DNA from: Octopus sinensis
Lineage: Eukaryota
Assembly: GCF_006345805.1 (NCBI RefSeq)
Contig: NC_042997.1
Coordinates: 78,244,001-78,308,000 of the forward strand
Length of the DNA: 64,000 bases
Direction: 5' to 3'
Made by a program: the position numbers and the translations under genes. The notes beneath the pieces were generated by a model, which made no database searches, was not told where the DNA came from, and saw only the letters and a program-made list of their open reading frames with translations. Positions 1 through 12,180 of this stretch are shown here, piece by piece (the first letter of the stretch is position 1; each line of letters starts with the position of its first letter).

Positions 1-2311
1 GTTTATAAGCCATTTAAGAAACACACAAAACCGTTAGATTCACTTCAACATTTAAATTTAATTTGTCAAAATGTTTTCTAACGGTTTTGTGTGTTTCTTA
101 AATGGCTTATAAACACCTTCCACGCTGCAATTGTTTTCGTTCCAGCACACGATCTCAGATCAAGTCAGTCGCTATGCAAGTACATCTCTCTCTCTCTATA
201 TATATATATATATCGAATCAGCAGGTTCGATGATACGACACGTGCACCGTATTTTGCCGACGACCGAGCTGGTGAAACGATAATTCCTTTCATCTTTTTA
301 AAATCAGATTATAGCATGTCGACATGGAATAGCGTTATCAAAGTAAAAAGATGACGCTAAACATTGTTTGTGACGCCAAAGAAGAGAAGGGAACGAAAAG
401 CTGATGCAGGCCGTGCGAAGATCAAAGTGTTAGAAAAAGTAAGTTTAAAGAAAGGAGAGGCATGAGTATCAGAATCAAAGACATATAGCAAAGAAAAAAA
501 GAAAGGAAACCAAATAGAATACGAGATGTAGAGAGGGACGACGAAAAGGCTGTGCATTAACCCAGTGACAGAAGCGACTGAAGAAAGGGAGATCCCTTCG
601 ATAATGAGAGGCAAAAAGTAATTATTGTGAAAGCTTCTGAAGATCACAATGCTCACCGAACAATAGCGAACAATAACAAATATGAAAAAATGTCATGTCA
701 CATTGTGTGGAACGGGTAAGGAGGTTGCCTCGTTCATCTAACAACATTTAGTACCTACTTATTTTTCCATCTGGAAACGATTACTCGCATCATCGGCTTT
801 ACATGATGAATAGAAAGAAAATTGACCACAAACATGTTACTGTGCGTGTCAAATAATAAATCATGAGAATAAATAATGAAGTATGATAATGAATTTAATC
901 AGCTTTTCGGAAGCCGATGTTTATTTCAGCTTTGTTGATTTGGCTGCCCTGAACGAAGGCAAGGGGTTTAATTTCATACCGATGAATCAAACAACCTTGA
1001 GATCAACAACACATAGACGCTTAATCGATTAATTGAATCGCGATAATGATGACGAGGAAGAGGAAAAGGAAGTGCTCGAAGCGGAAGAAGACCGAGATAT
1101 CTAAGAATGATGTCAAGACGCCATGCTGTATAAACGGAAAACTTTGATTGCTTAATTTTTTCATTACAATGCCATGTGATACAAACTGACCTGAAATTCG
1201 TTAAGTTGTATTAGTAGCTAGATGATTAGCCAGATATCACTGCGAAAGTATTCGATTTGAAGAGAAAATTGTTCACAAAGCACATTGTTGGAGCAGACTG
1301 TTGACTGTAGAATATGAAAAAGTAGATTATGTCTTTGTTGTACTGTATAATGTAGCGCCATAAAGCATCCAAGTTAAAACCATAACTTTAGTTTATGACA
1401 GATTCACGCATGTCGAAATATCAAACCCAAATGAAGAGTCAGAGGAGCATGAAGCGGTATCGGAGCACATGCCCATGGCTAACATTACACCAATAGTGCA
1501 TCAAATTAACACCTGCAATAAGAGTTACCTGAGGCCATACATTTAGCATACTAGGTGTAAGGATGATTTATATTCTAAGTGCATGAGACTTTCTTGCGAA
1601 ATGGGAAGATTTGAAGGAGATCGATTAAGATAAGTCAAAAATAACTTCTCAATGGTAAGGCATCTATAATTCTTACTTATAATTAAGTAGTTCAATTACC
1701 ATCTCAAAGTAGAAATATTCTTATCTATCAAGATTATCTCATACATCATCAAGTATACAGCGAATGAGAGGGAAAATGGGAAAAGAAATCACGCATTACC
1801 TCACAAAACAGGCATATATATTTAGATATTTTAATCTGAAGCATCGATACTATTCATGTGAAAGAAATAGGTGCCTTCAAATGTGCCATCATCAACAACA
1901 TCAAGTTTCTTTCGAGACTATGCAACAGAATACTTAACCGCTTTAACAAGTATCACATAACTGATTCAAGACACATGATAGAGATATAATTTTATCATTA
2001 AAAAACGTCTGCTGCGAGAATGCTGTTGGATGCTGGTAATTATTAGCAACACACTAGGAAAGACACTGAGGGAGGAAAAATACCCTAGAGATTTGTTTTG
2101 TCGGCTTCCTATAAAAGACGGAAAGTAGCAATTTACAGCAATTTAAGGAATGGTAGTCTGGAGATGCTTGTCAAAGATAAACGTCAACTTGCAGTGATCG
2201 TTATGTCAGAATTGCTGAGTGATATTGTAAACAAACTCTTCTGTATTTCCCAAACACACTTTAGATCTTGGAAAAAATTTGCAGAATATAACTTCCTGAC
2301 ACCAAGAAACG

Positions 2312-2315
<4 letters not shown>

Positions 2316-2376
<61 letters not shown>
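2316..2376. repeat. (TA)n microsatellite
   Basis: Direct reading of the TA array. Confidence 0.95.
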
Positions 2377-2459
2377 GCAGAAATGATTATGATACAGCTA
2401 ACACGGTAACAACGTCAGAAAATGAAGTAAGAACTGCCATATATACAAATAAGTATAAT

Positions 2460-2790
2460 AAATGCTCATGCAGAGTAAAATCAAAATGCCCGTTGATCAA
2501 CCTCTGCATGAGTACAAGTCTTGTATATAAATGTACCGTACACACACTGGGAGGGCCGTATGTTTACATTAGGCAAACGGCTGATTCATTCAAGAATCGT
2601 TATCGCAACCATGTCAAGAATCAATAAGAGACATTCAACATCTTTGGCCAATTTTGGCCAATTCAGTGGTAACTGAAGGGAGATAAAATTAAGTATTGCA
2701 TAACTTGGTCCATAGTAAGGCACGCAATATCATTTAATATCATTTCCAGCAGAGACTGACTCTGTTCCGAGGAATCCCTGTCTATTTTGT
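2460..2790 (+). pseudogene. Degraded GIY-YIG endonuclease of a Penelope-like element (lineage distinct from the 7 kb and 30 kb copies)
   Basis: Manual translation KCSCRVKSKCPLINLCMSTSLVYKCTVHTLGGPYVYIRQTADSFKNRYRNH...W*LKGDKIKYCITWSIVRHAISFNIISSRD*LCSEESL fits the PLE CxCR..CPL...C...VY..YIG.T...FK.RY.NH...WxI...C.LC..E pattern; contains in-frame stops. Confidence 0.75.
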
Positions 2791-3412
2791 GCATCAATGA
2801 GAAAATCATTAATAGAATTTCTAACAGACTGAAGCTGCCTACATGCATATAAATGTACATTCGCACAATGCAGTGGGAATGAATTTGAGTAACTGTTAGC
2901 CTAATTTACTTTTAAGGTGTGGATGAATTAAGATTAGCTTCAACCTCCCCATTCTTATAAACACCAAGTAGCTATTTATTTCACTTTGTGAACGAATGAC
3001 TCCAAACCACACTTGTGCGTGTGCTTACATCTTCGGGGATACTTGTCTGAGCGAATATACATGCGCCATACAACTTACGCGAGGGCATTTATACATGCAT
3101 ATTTGTTAACGGTATTTTTAATACTTTTCTCGAGATATTGTGTGTTTGTTTCTTTTTTTATCTGTTATTTTGTTATTGATCATTTATATAAATGTAGATA
3201 TAAACTTTAATTTGCTACTTTTCTTTACACGAAATGAGAAGATACATTGCGGAACTGTTATTTTAACGAGTTATATCTATTTATCACCCGAAGAGACCCA
3301 TCAGCATTGTCGAATGCTCCTGGACCAGTTGTTAAGTATCCCACCCGTGAGGGATCTTTGCGAGATGTGTCGAAACAACTGTCGTAATTTATAAAAATTC
3401 CGTCTTTCATTT

Positions 3413-3552
3413 ATGTATGTATGTATGTATGTATGTATGTATGTATGTATGTATGTATGTATGTATGTATGTATGTATGTATGTATGTATGTATTTACAT
3501 ATATATATATATATATATATTTGTCCATGTCTGTATTTAATTTTACTGTTTA

Positions 3553-3607
<55 letters not shown>

Positions 3608-3625
3608 GTGTGTGTGTGTGTGTAT
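3413..3625. repeat. Compound (TATG)n/(TA)n/(TG)n microsatellite
   Basis: Direct reading. Confidence 0.95.
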
Positions 3626-3719
3626 AAAAAGTAAAGTTTGTTCCTACATTGACCGCTGAAAACATTAAATAAAATTGATAATATTTCAGGTTTTTCGTAT
3701 CATTTAAATTAATTTGACC

Positions 3720-4438
3720 ATTCCGCAGATAACTGTACAGGACGATGCCGTTCATTATCTTGTTGAATTCCTCAACAGTCTGGAACCATCTGCATGCTGC
3801 CATTAAACCTTGAATTAAAGAATGGCACAGTTATCATGCTTCTCAGAAACCTGGATCAGCCAAGATTTGCAATGGTACATGTATGGTTGTGACTGAATTA
3901 CAATCTCACATCATCGAAGCAAAACTCCTCACTGTGGTAAGGTAGACATTGTATTCATACCTAGAATACCACTAATACTAACAGATGTCTCCTTCCGTTT
4001 CAAACAATTGCAATTCCCGGTGACAGTAAGTTACGTATTGACAATTAACAAGTCCCAAGGTCAAACACAGCTGGTTGTCGGTCTCCGTCTAGAAGAGGGC
4101 TGTTTCACATATGGTTAATTGTATGTAGGTTGTTCCAAAGTAGGAAACCTACAGAAACTCTTCATATGTGCTCCAAAGAAAAAAAGTTAAAAACATTATA
4201 TCTATTGAAGTTCTGTAAAGGTTTTACAATTTTCGTACAATACTTTTCTCTATTATATTTATCACATTCTGTATTTAGATATTCTAAATAAATATGTAAA
4301 ATTATGTTATGCAATATTTAAATACTTTTTAACAACTTTTATTGTAAGGAAAACAGACATTACGATAGATGCCAATATGTACCTTATGAATACATTTCGT
4401 CACCGCGCAGATCGGGCCGAAAGCCGGGAGGCCCGCTA

Positions 4439-4439
<1 letters not shown>
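3720..4439 (+). mobile_element. 3' remnant of an autonomous Helitron (PIF1-type helicase C-terminus plus 3' terminus)
   Basis: Frameshifted translation DDAVHYLVEFLNSLEPS..LELKNGTVIMLLRNL..VFIPRIPL..QFPVTVSYVLTINKSQGQT..VGL.LEEGCFTYG*LYVGCSKV matches Helitron helicase motifs. Hairpin CGGGCC/GGCCCG (4413-4435) is followed by terminal CTAG (4436-4439). Confidence 0.9.
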
Positions 4440-4488
<49 letters not shown>

Positions 4489-4509
4489 AATAAAAACAAT
4501 AATCCTTGG

Positions 4510-4800
4510 ATGGAGTTTATAATGCATCGCTACGAGCGTTTCCACAGATCACATGTCTCTTAAGATCAGTCCGTATTCCTGGGATGTTTACAGTCTGTAG
4601 TATTTGTGAGTATCGGATTGATCATCTACATGGATTCATTTCTTCAGGCGATATTATATTAATGTTAACAGCGGGTTGTTTATCCCTCTTGACCAGTGCG
4701 AAGCTTTTGGACTTATTTTGCTATTCAGTCTGCAGATGTCAATGATGGTTAGTACATTCTTGTGTTCGATCTCATTTAAGGCATGACTATATTCAATGAA
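4510..4800 (-). pseudogene. Possible very old RTE-like LINE reverse transcriptase remnant
   Basis: Frameshifted pieces INN..., NIISPEEMN, SQEYGL resemble the INNLRYADD..LIA.S.EE..SQEYGL region of RTE RTs; the catalytic motif itself is not retained. Confidence 0.3.
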
Positions 4801-6268
4801 TTCTGCAGTAAACAGTTCAGCTGGTACAACTACTACAGTTATCGGCTGTTGAAGTTCATTTTCTGAATTGATAAATGATACTTTCTTAGGGTAACCTCTT
4901 AATTGTTTCTGGTGATATAGTGCATAGTATCCTGAATATTAGATGGCTTGTTTATATGTTTGTGTTCCTTCCCCAAAACATCTTGGAGCGGAATAACATC
5001 AACCACCCTTAGCATATTATAGAACAAAGATAAAGAAATGACCGTCATTATACCGAACAATAACGAATAAATTTAAAAGATGTATGTATGTATATATATA
5101 TATCTCTTATTATAAAAGGCAGATTTTATCTGCCTCCCTTTGGGAGTTATACAAATCTACAATATAGCATTTCTTCAATTACAATTTACCTAACATTTTT
5201 AAGAGTACAATGCATCGCGTCATGCCAGGTCCAGTTTTTAAAATTTAAACTCCAATTAAGCAAAATTTACAGAAAACTCACATTCTGGTGTGTGTGTCAC
5301 ATGCTTTTCTTAGTCTGGTTTACACCACACGCAAACGCACACACACAGTGGGCAACGAATAAAATGAAAGTAAATAGCGACAGAGTGATTTGAGGAAGAC
5401 TAAACTGAAAGTATTTTAACCACTACTCAAAAAATTAAAAAAACACAGCAAACAGAAACAAATAAATACATAACCATTTACTCCTCACACAATTTCTTCA
5501 ATTAGAATTTAACTAAGATTTTTCAGAGTACTTCAGTGGGTGATGCCATAAAAAATTTCTTTCAATTTTACCACCAATTAAGACAAAATTCGAGAAAACT
5601 CAATATTTTAACCTATCACTCCGAAAGCATTGATGTACATGTGTGCGTGCGTGAGTGTGTGTGTGTCATTCCTCACACACACGCATACACATACATATAC
5701 AACTACATACAACTACATACACATACAACTACATACAAACACGTGTGTGTTTGTTATTAGTAAAAAAGGCGCCAAAACTCAACTCACTTATCATTCCAAC
5801 ACATTTGCAAAGACACACGGACGGACAGAAAAGGTAAATTGGTTTTTATTTTACTCTGTATATATTTTATTATATAATATTATATATAGATATATGTATA
5901 TATAATTGCAGTATGAAACAGTGTTTATGTATAAACAGACGACACTTATATATAGTTACCAAGCCGCCCGAATTTACCTATTCATATTTAAATTAGAATA
6001 TCAGAGCAAATCTCTTTAGTACATTCGTGAAAACACGTATTATACTTCGTAAACACTTCAACTACAGTTTTGTACAAAAATCGAAGTGTAATTTTAATTC
6101 CGTGAATTATGGGAGATTTTTTTCCGAAATTTGTTCCTACTGTGTTTTCAAAATTTGTAATTCTGACAAAAAATGGATACGAATTTCATTATATCAAGCA
6201 GCGAGTCAGAATTCGAAGGATTTTCTACTGAAGACCTTCATAACTCTATGACTGAAAAAAAAAAAGCA

Positions 6269-6663
6269 TCTTTATATAAGAGTGAAGTTGTGTGTCTGTC
6301 TCCTACGATTTAGATTCCTAACTACTCCCACATTTTGCGGTGCAGTTTAACCAAAACCGGGTATCTTATAGTCGTGATTCATATCGAGCCCTTCTGGGTA
6401 TTAGCGTGCGTCTACGATGAGTCTACGATTTAAAAAAAATTTACCATCATATTTTTCCATTTTAATGCATTTTTTTCGCTTTTATATAAGGGAAGTAACT
6501 CTCTTAAAATATCTACGATGTGTCAACGATTTAAAAAAAAATTTACCTTAATTTTTTTTCAATTTTTAATGCATTTTTTGGCTATTTTTTGGCTATAACT
6601 CTCTAAAAATGCTTATATAGTTATTTCCCTTACAAACCCGAGCAACGCCGGGCGATACTGCTA

Positions 6664-6664
<1 letters not shown>
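6269..6664 (+). mobile_element. Non-autonomous Helitron, 396 bp
   Basis: A^TC 5' end, subterminal hairpin CCCGAGCAACGCCGGG (6637-6652), CTAG^T 3' end, no TSD. A second copy of the same length is at 40034-40429. Confidence 0.9.
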
Positions 6665-6749
<85 letters not shown>

Positions 6750-6754
6750 ATAAA

Positions 6755-8388
6755 GTAGAAAAGAGTGAAAAAACTACAGAAGGCTTGTTTTATAAGGTTA
6801 AAGAATATATTTAAGTCATGTTAGAAGAATGTTATAAAATTTTTCATATAGTAACATAATTTTTGAAGAAATTACCGGTTTCGTGTTAAGTTTTGAAATT
6901 TCTCAAGTGTCTTTACCTACATCATGTCATGTCTTCGTTATGCAGTGCAAAGAGTTCCAGGCAAGGGGAGGTAATAAGCGATTTCTTCCGGTATAAGGGA
7001 GATAATCGCTTTATATTTCTTTTCCCTTATTTAATGGGATGAGTTTCTCTGTATAAGAATGTTAGAATGGTTAAGTTCAGGCTTATATTTTTCAATGAAG
7101 AATGTTTCCATTGATAGAATGGAAAGATTAAAAATTGTGGTAGTAGTTGCTTTGCGCATTTCTCAATATGCTCACTAAAGGGTATCATTCTGTATTCTGG
7201 GAATGCAATCTGTTGTCGATGCAGAGTGCATCTACGTCTGAGTGATAATCCCGTGGACCCCACGTAGTTTTGGTGGCAGCCCGAGCACCTTACGACATAA
7301 ATTATATTTTCAGAAGCACAAGTAAAATTAGATCTGATCTTGAATTTTTGTCCCTCTTTGAAAAGGAATTCTGATCCTTCTAGAAGGTTTGGGCATGTTG
7401 CGCAGTTTGGTCTACCACATTTTTTTACTTTTGCATCCGTAATTTCAGAAAACAATTTTGCCTTTGTGAGAATCATTTTAAGTGATTTAGGTTGTTTGTA
7501 GCTTTTAATGATTTTATGTATGTTTAGAATTTCCTTTAATTTGGGGTCCTTATGAAGTATTGGTAAAATCTGGGTGATGATGGTGAAGGATTCTTTGTTT
7601 CTGCGGTTGTATGTGGATACGTAAGGCAGTATTTTCCGGGAAGGTATGTTGTTGTGTTGAACTTTTCTCAAAGTTTCTATGTCGATTTCTGTTGCACGTC
7701 TGATCCCATCCTCTATGAGTTGAACTGGATAGTGTCTGTCAATTAGGGTGTTTTTGAGTTCTTGCAGTCTAAAGTTCCTGGTATTTTGTTCTGACACTAT
7801 TGTGCATATCCTTCTCGCAAGGTTGAAAGGGATGTTTGTTTTAGTGTGTCTTGGGTGGCATGAATCAAAAAGTAGGTATTGTTTGGCGTCTGTGGCTTTG
7901 TAAAAAATGTCTGTTTCTATTTTAAGGTTAATTTTTTTAATTAGTATATCTAAGAATGGAAGCTCCTTTTGGTTGTATTCCATTGTGAACTGTATATTTG
8001 GGTTGATGCTGTTCAATAGGTTTTTGAATTTTAGGAGTTTATCTGTGTTTTCATTCCAGAGTATAAAACAATCGTCCAGGAATCTTTTCCAATTCCCTTT
8101 TATGTATTGAGAAAGGGGGTTTCCAAAGGTCGATAAAGATTCCTGGTATATAATTATTTCCAGGTATCCCATTGTTAGGTTCGCAATGACTGGTGCTACC
8201 CTTGTACCCATAGCAATTCCGGATTTTTGACGGTAAAATGTATTGTCAAACATGAAGTGGTTAGTTTGTAGGATGAATTCAACCGATTTAGTAATGAATT
8301 CTTTACTGATCCTTTTTGGTATTTCTTCTGGAAATTGGTCTAGCCAGAACTGTATTGCCTCTAGTCCATAATTATGAGGTATATCCAT
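6755..8388 (-). mobile_element. 5'-truncated Penelope-like element (Neptune-type), RT + C-terminal GIY-YIG + 3' UTR
   Basis: ORF 7027-8388 has GIAMGT..AP..ANL, WKRFLDD, LPFLD, YLLFDSCHP, the CGRPNCATC linker and IYVVRC..C...YVGST...RC..H. The C-terminus is frameshifted by a small deletion and the 3' flank abuts (TA)n. Confidence 0.9.
6868..6902 (-). ncRNA. Degenerate type I hammerhead motif in PLE 3' region
   Basis: Minus strand GAAAT-TTCAAAA-CTTAACAC-GAA-ACCGGT-A-ATTTC: stem I and palindromic stem III intact, G5 mutated, stem II decayed. Confidence 0.45.
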
Positions 8389-8814
8389 TGTGTCTAACCT
8401 GATTGGAACCTAACTTTAAAAAGACAGAAAACCGAAGATTTTATTAACCGGAAAAAGTAAAGAATATGTTAAATGCTTGTGATGGGAAGTTCATAAGTGA
8501 GAGAAGAGGACAAATACTGAGTTAAAGAAAGTAGTTCCTGCATGGTAGGCACTGGTATAGCAGCATCCAGCTTGTTGAGGTGGCTGCACTGGGGAGAAAG
8601 GAACACGCCTGCTATAATGACCTGGACATTTCATGGTGCTACCAATGCTGCTTACACAGACAAAATGGGACGATGCGGTCGGAAAGTGCTGAAAACGTTG
8701 TGATCTCCACCAACAATAAATTGAGGGGTTGTCTTTCAGTTCAAGCTGTATGTCTGCATGTATGTATGTATGTGTGTATGTATTATAGATTGTTTGAAAT
8801 GATATACACATTTT

Positions 8815-9494
8815 AAAAATAAGGAAAAAGAATATAGTCAGAATTTTGGATAATTATTTATTAAGCACTTTAATCTCATTTCAGAGATTTACCATATATA
8901 TATGAGTTAGTTGAAAAATCTGGAGTTGAATTGGGAAGCGAATGTTCTTTGTAAATTTGAACCTATGTATGTGTATATATACGTGTGTGTATTTGTGTGT
9001 GTATAAGTATGTCTGTGGTGAACTGTTGGAGGCTTGATTAGAGGGCGAAAAAGGAAAACGAAAGAAAGAAATAAAACAAGAAAGAAAGACAAAGGGACTT
9101 TTTCTGGATATTTGAAATAGATGACAATACTAGAGGTCAATTTTCTTTTACTCATTGTATTTTTTTGTCAGTTCTCTTGATATCCAGTTGTGGAAAATGG
9201 ACTTTATGAAAATTATTTTGGAAGGTTATTAAATGTGTCTGTTGGGGGAGGGGAGAAAGAAAGAGAAAATGGGTCTGTGAGTGTTGTTTGTTGATCATTT
9301 AAGTGAATTTTTCCAGTTATTTTAGTAACAGTAATGTGAACATTGTAATAAAGATTTCTCATGCATTCACAACTATGTTTTTCTCCTTTTATACGTTTAG
9401 TTTAGGTGAGAATTTTTTGATAGAGTGTACTTCCATTGCCTGCCTGTATTTTGGATCATCCCTTTGGCATTTGTAGGAGGCACAGATCTTGAAT
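8815..9494 (-). mobile_element. 3' fragment of another PLE family (last EN codons plus UTR)
   Basis: 9389-9494 minus translates FKICASYKCQRDDPKYRQAMEVHSIKKFSPKLNV*, homologous to the PLE C-termini at 7 kb and 29.7 kb. The UTR extent is approximate. Confidence 0.65.
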
Positions 9495-9504
9495 ATATAT
9501 ATCT

Positions 9505-9826
9505 ATATAAATTAGAGAAAAATACACCTTTTATCAAATCAAAATGAACAATTAAATTACATCATCTAGAAAATTACATATAATAGAAATATAAATAAAA
9601 TAACAATAATATACCGATGATTAAGTAAATTGCAAAGTAATAATAAAAACGTATATATTTGTGATTCTACCAAATATATACATTTTTATTATTATTTTGC
9701 AATTTACTTAATCATCGGTATATTATTGTTATTTTATTTATATTTCTATTATATGTAATTTTCTAGATGATGTAATTTAATTGTTCATTTTGAATTGATA
9801 AAAGGTATTTTTTCTAATTTTTATAT
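9505..9826. repeat. Long inverted repeat, ~155-bp arms, 9-nt loop (9662-9670)
   Basis: Arms are reverse complements with only a few mismatches; flanked by TA runs. Confidence 0.9.
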
Positions 9827-9898
9827 ATATATTATATTTTGTGAATTTGATTTAGTATTTCTAAATTGAATGTTTCCCTTTAAGAATAATATTCCCTC

Positions 9899-9948
<50 letters not shown>

Positions 9949-10041
9949 ATCCAAACATGAACAAAGAGAAAACACAACAACGCGAGGACGCGAAACAAGT
10001 ATAGTGTTATTGGACGCTCAGGAAAGGAAAAAAAGGAGGAG

Positions 10042-10077
10042 ATTTTAACGTTTCGAACGGAGCTCTTCGTCAGAAAT
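10042..10077 (-). ncRNA. Minimal type I hammerhead ribozyme motif (PLE pLTR type)
   Basis: ATTT-CTGACGA-A-GAGC-TCC-GTTC-GAA-ACGT-TA-AAAT: full core, stem I ATTT/AAAT, stem II with one G.U, palindromic AACGTT stem III. Confidence 0.75.
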
Positions 10078-10144
10078 ATAGAAAAAAGGAAAAGTTCAAG
10101 GAAGGGAAGTCGGAGAAAGAAAATCAACAACGATACACACGCGG

Positions 10145-10614
<470 letters not shown>

Positions 10615-10629
10615 AGATATATAAATATA

Positions 10630-10740
10630 TATGCCATAAGAAGTTTGCTTCCCAGTCTTATGGTTCCGGATTCAGTCTCACTACGTAGCACCTTGTGAGC
10701 GGATTTTGTGGACAGAATCTGAAAGAAGCCCGTCGTGTAT
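10630..10740 (+). mobile_element. SINE family B fragment (head, internally deleted)
   Basis: GGTTCCGGATTCAGTC head and CTGAAAGAAGCCCGTCG segment shared with the 11.4 kb and 47.4 kb copies. Confidence 0.7.
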
Positions 10741-10971
10741 ATATATATATAATTTATTTAAAGGACATAATACATATATTTAAGTGCTACTAATAGATTC
10801 ATATGCTGACAAATATCTCAAGCATATTCAACAGGCACAAACCACATATCATAACGAACTAAAAGAAACTGAACAAGAGAAGAAACGTGAAAACTCTGCG
10901 AAGGCAGTATATAGAAAACGCAGACGAGATGGAGTACTTATGTATGTGTATGTTTGTGTGTGTGTGTGTGT

Positions 10972-11011
<40 letters not shown>

Positions 11012-11440
11012 TGTGTTTCTCTCTGTGTGTGTGTGTGTGTAAAGTAATTGTAGCTGAGAACATTAAGCCAGAACCGAGAATTTCATATCAAGCCATCTTT
11101 CAAACTCAATTTCATATTCTGAAATTCTAAAAAAATAAGTTATTTGCTATCTGATTATGGTCAGTAAACTTGAAAAAGACAATTACATATTGACAGAAAT
11201 ACGTAAATATACGCACAAATAATCAATTGAATACACGTATACATTCCCATACAAATCAACACATACCTACATACATGCATGCATATACACTCACGTAATG
11301 ATGGGTACACACACAGACACACACATATTTTGGAAGAGATTGATTCATAAAGTTTACAGTCACACTCACCAATTATTATTTGTCTACATTTAACATTATT
11401 TTCGAATGCAATCGATGCTTGTCAGAGTCCTCCAAAATAG

Positions 11441-11533
11441 GCACCTTGGGCCAGTGTCTTCTACTATAGCCTTGGGCCGACCAAAGCCTTGTGAGTGGAT
11501 TTGGTAGACGGAAACTGAAAGAAGTCTATCGTA

Positions 11534-11606
<73 letters not shown>

Positions 11607-11784
11607 CTGTGTGTGTGTATCTGTGTGTGTGTGTGTGTGTGTACCCCCGTAACTTAGCGGTTCGCCAAAGAGAACGATAGAATAAGCACTAGGCTTACAA
11701 AGAATAAGTCCTGGGGTCGATTTGCTCGACTAAAGGCGGTGCTCTAGCATGGCCGCAGTCAAATGACTGAAACAAGTAAAAGAG
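11441..11784 (+). mobile_element. SINE family B with internal (TA)n(TG)n array and tail ...CAGTCAAATGACTGAAACAAGTAAAAGA
   Basis: Homologous segments recur at 28.1, 34.5 and 46.6-47.6 kb. Confidence 0.8.
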
Positions 11785-11959
11785 TATGTGTAGCCTTCTC
11801 TATGGCTGGAGTTAATCTTTGTAACTACTTGTTTTTCTTCGTAATTTTTTAACTGATTTTAGAATTGTTGTTACATCGCTATAATTGAGCTCATATCTTA
11901 GTACCAGGTACATAAAAATAAGAAATCATTCTGCGTTTTTAAGCTCTTACGTACGAATC

Positions 11960-12022
<63 letters not shown>

Positions 12023-12137
12023 ATATATATATATATAATATATATATAATATAATTCGAGACAAAACCACTATTTTAAAACCAAACAAGGAAAGACTTAA
12101 TCAATACATAAAATTTTAATATAAATTAAATAAACCG

Positions 12138-12180
12138 CCACTACAAATGTTTCATGTCTGCTCCGACAATCTTCAGGTGG
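12138..12180 (-). ncRNA. Type I hammerhead ribozyme motif in a solo pLTR-like module
   Basis: CCAC-CTGAAGA-TTGTC-GGAGCA-GACAT-GAA-ACA-TT-TGT-A-GTGG: stems I, II and III all form with a GUA cleavage triplet; T.T mismatch at the base of stem II. Confidence 0.75.

Noticed and set aside
578-604. CTGAAGA-AAGGG-AGAT-CCCTT-CGATA hammerhead-like motif (similar weak hits near 14907, 15000, 47170)
   Set aside because: GAAA, stem III or stem I not satisfied; at best decayed remnants.
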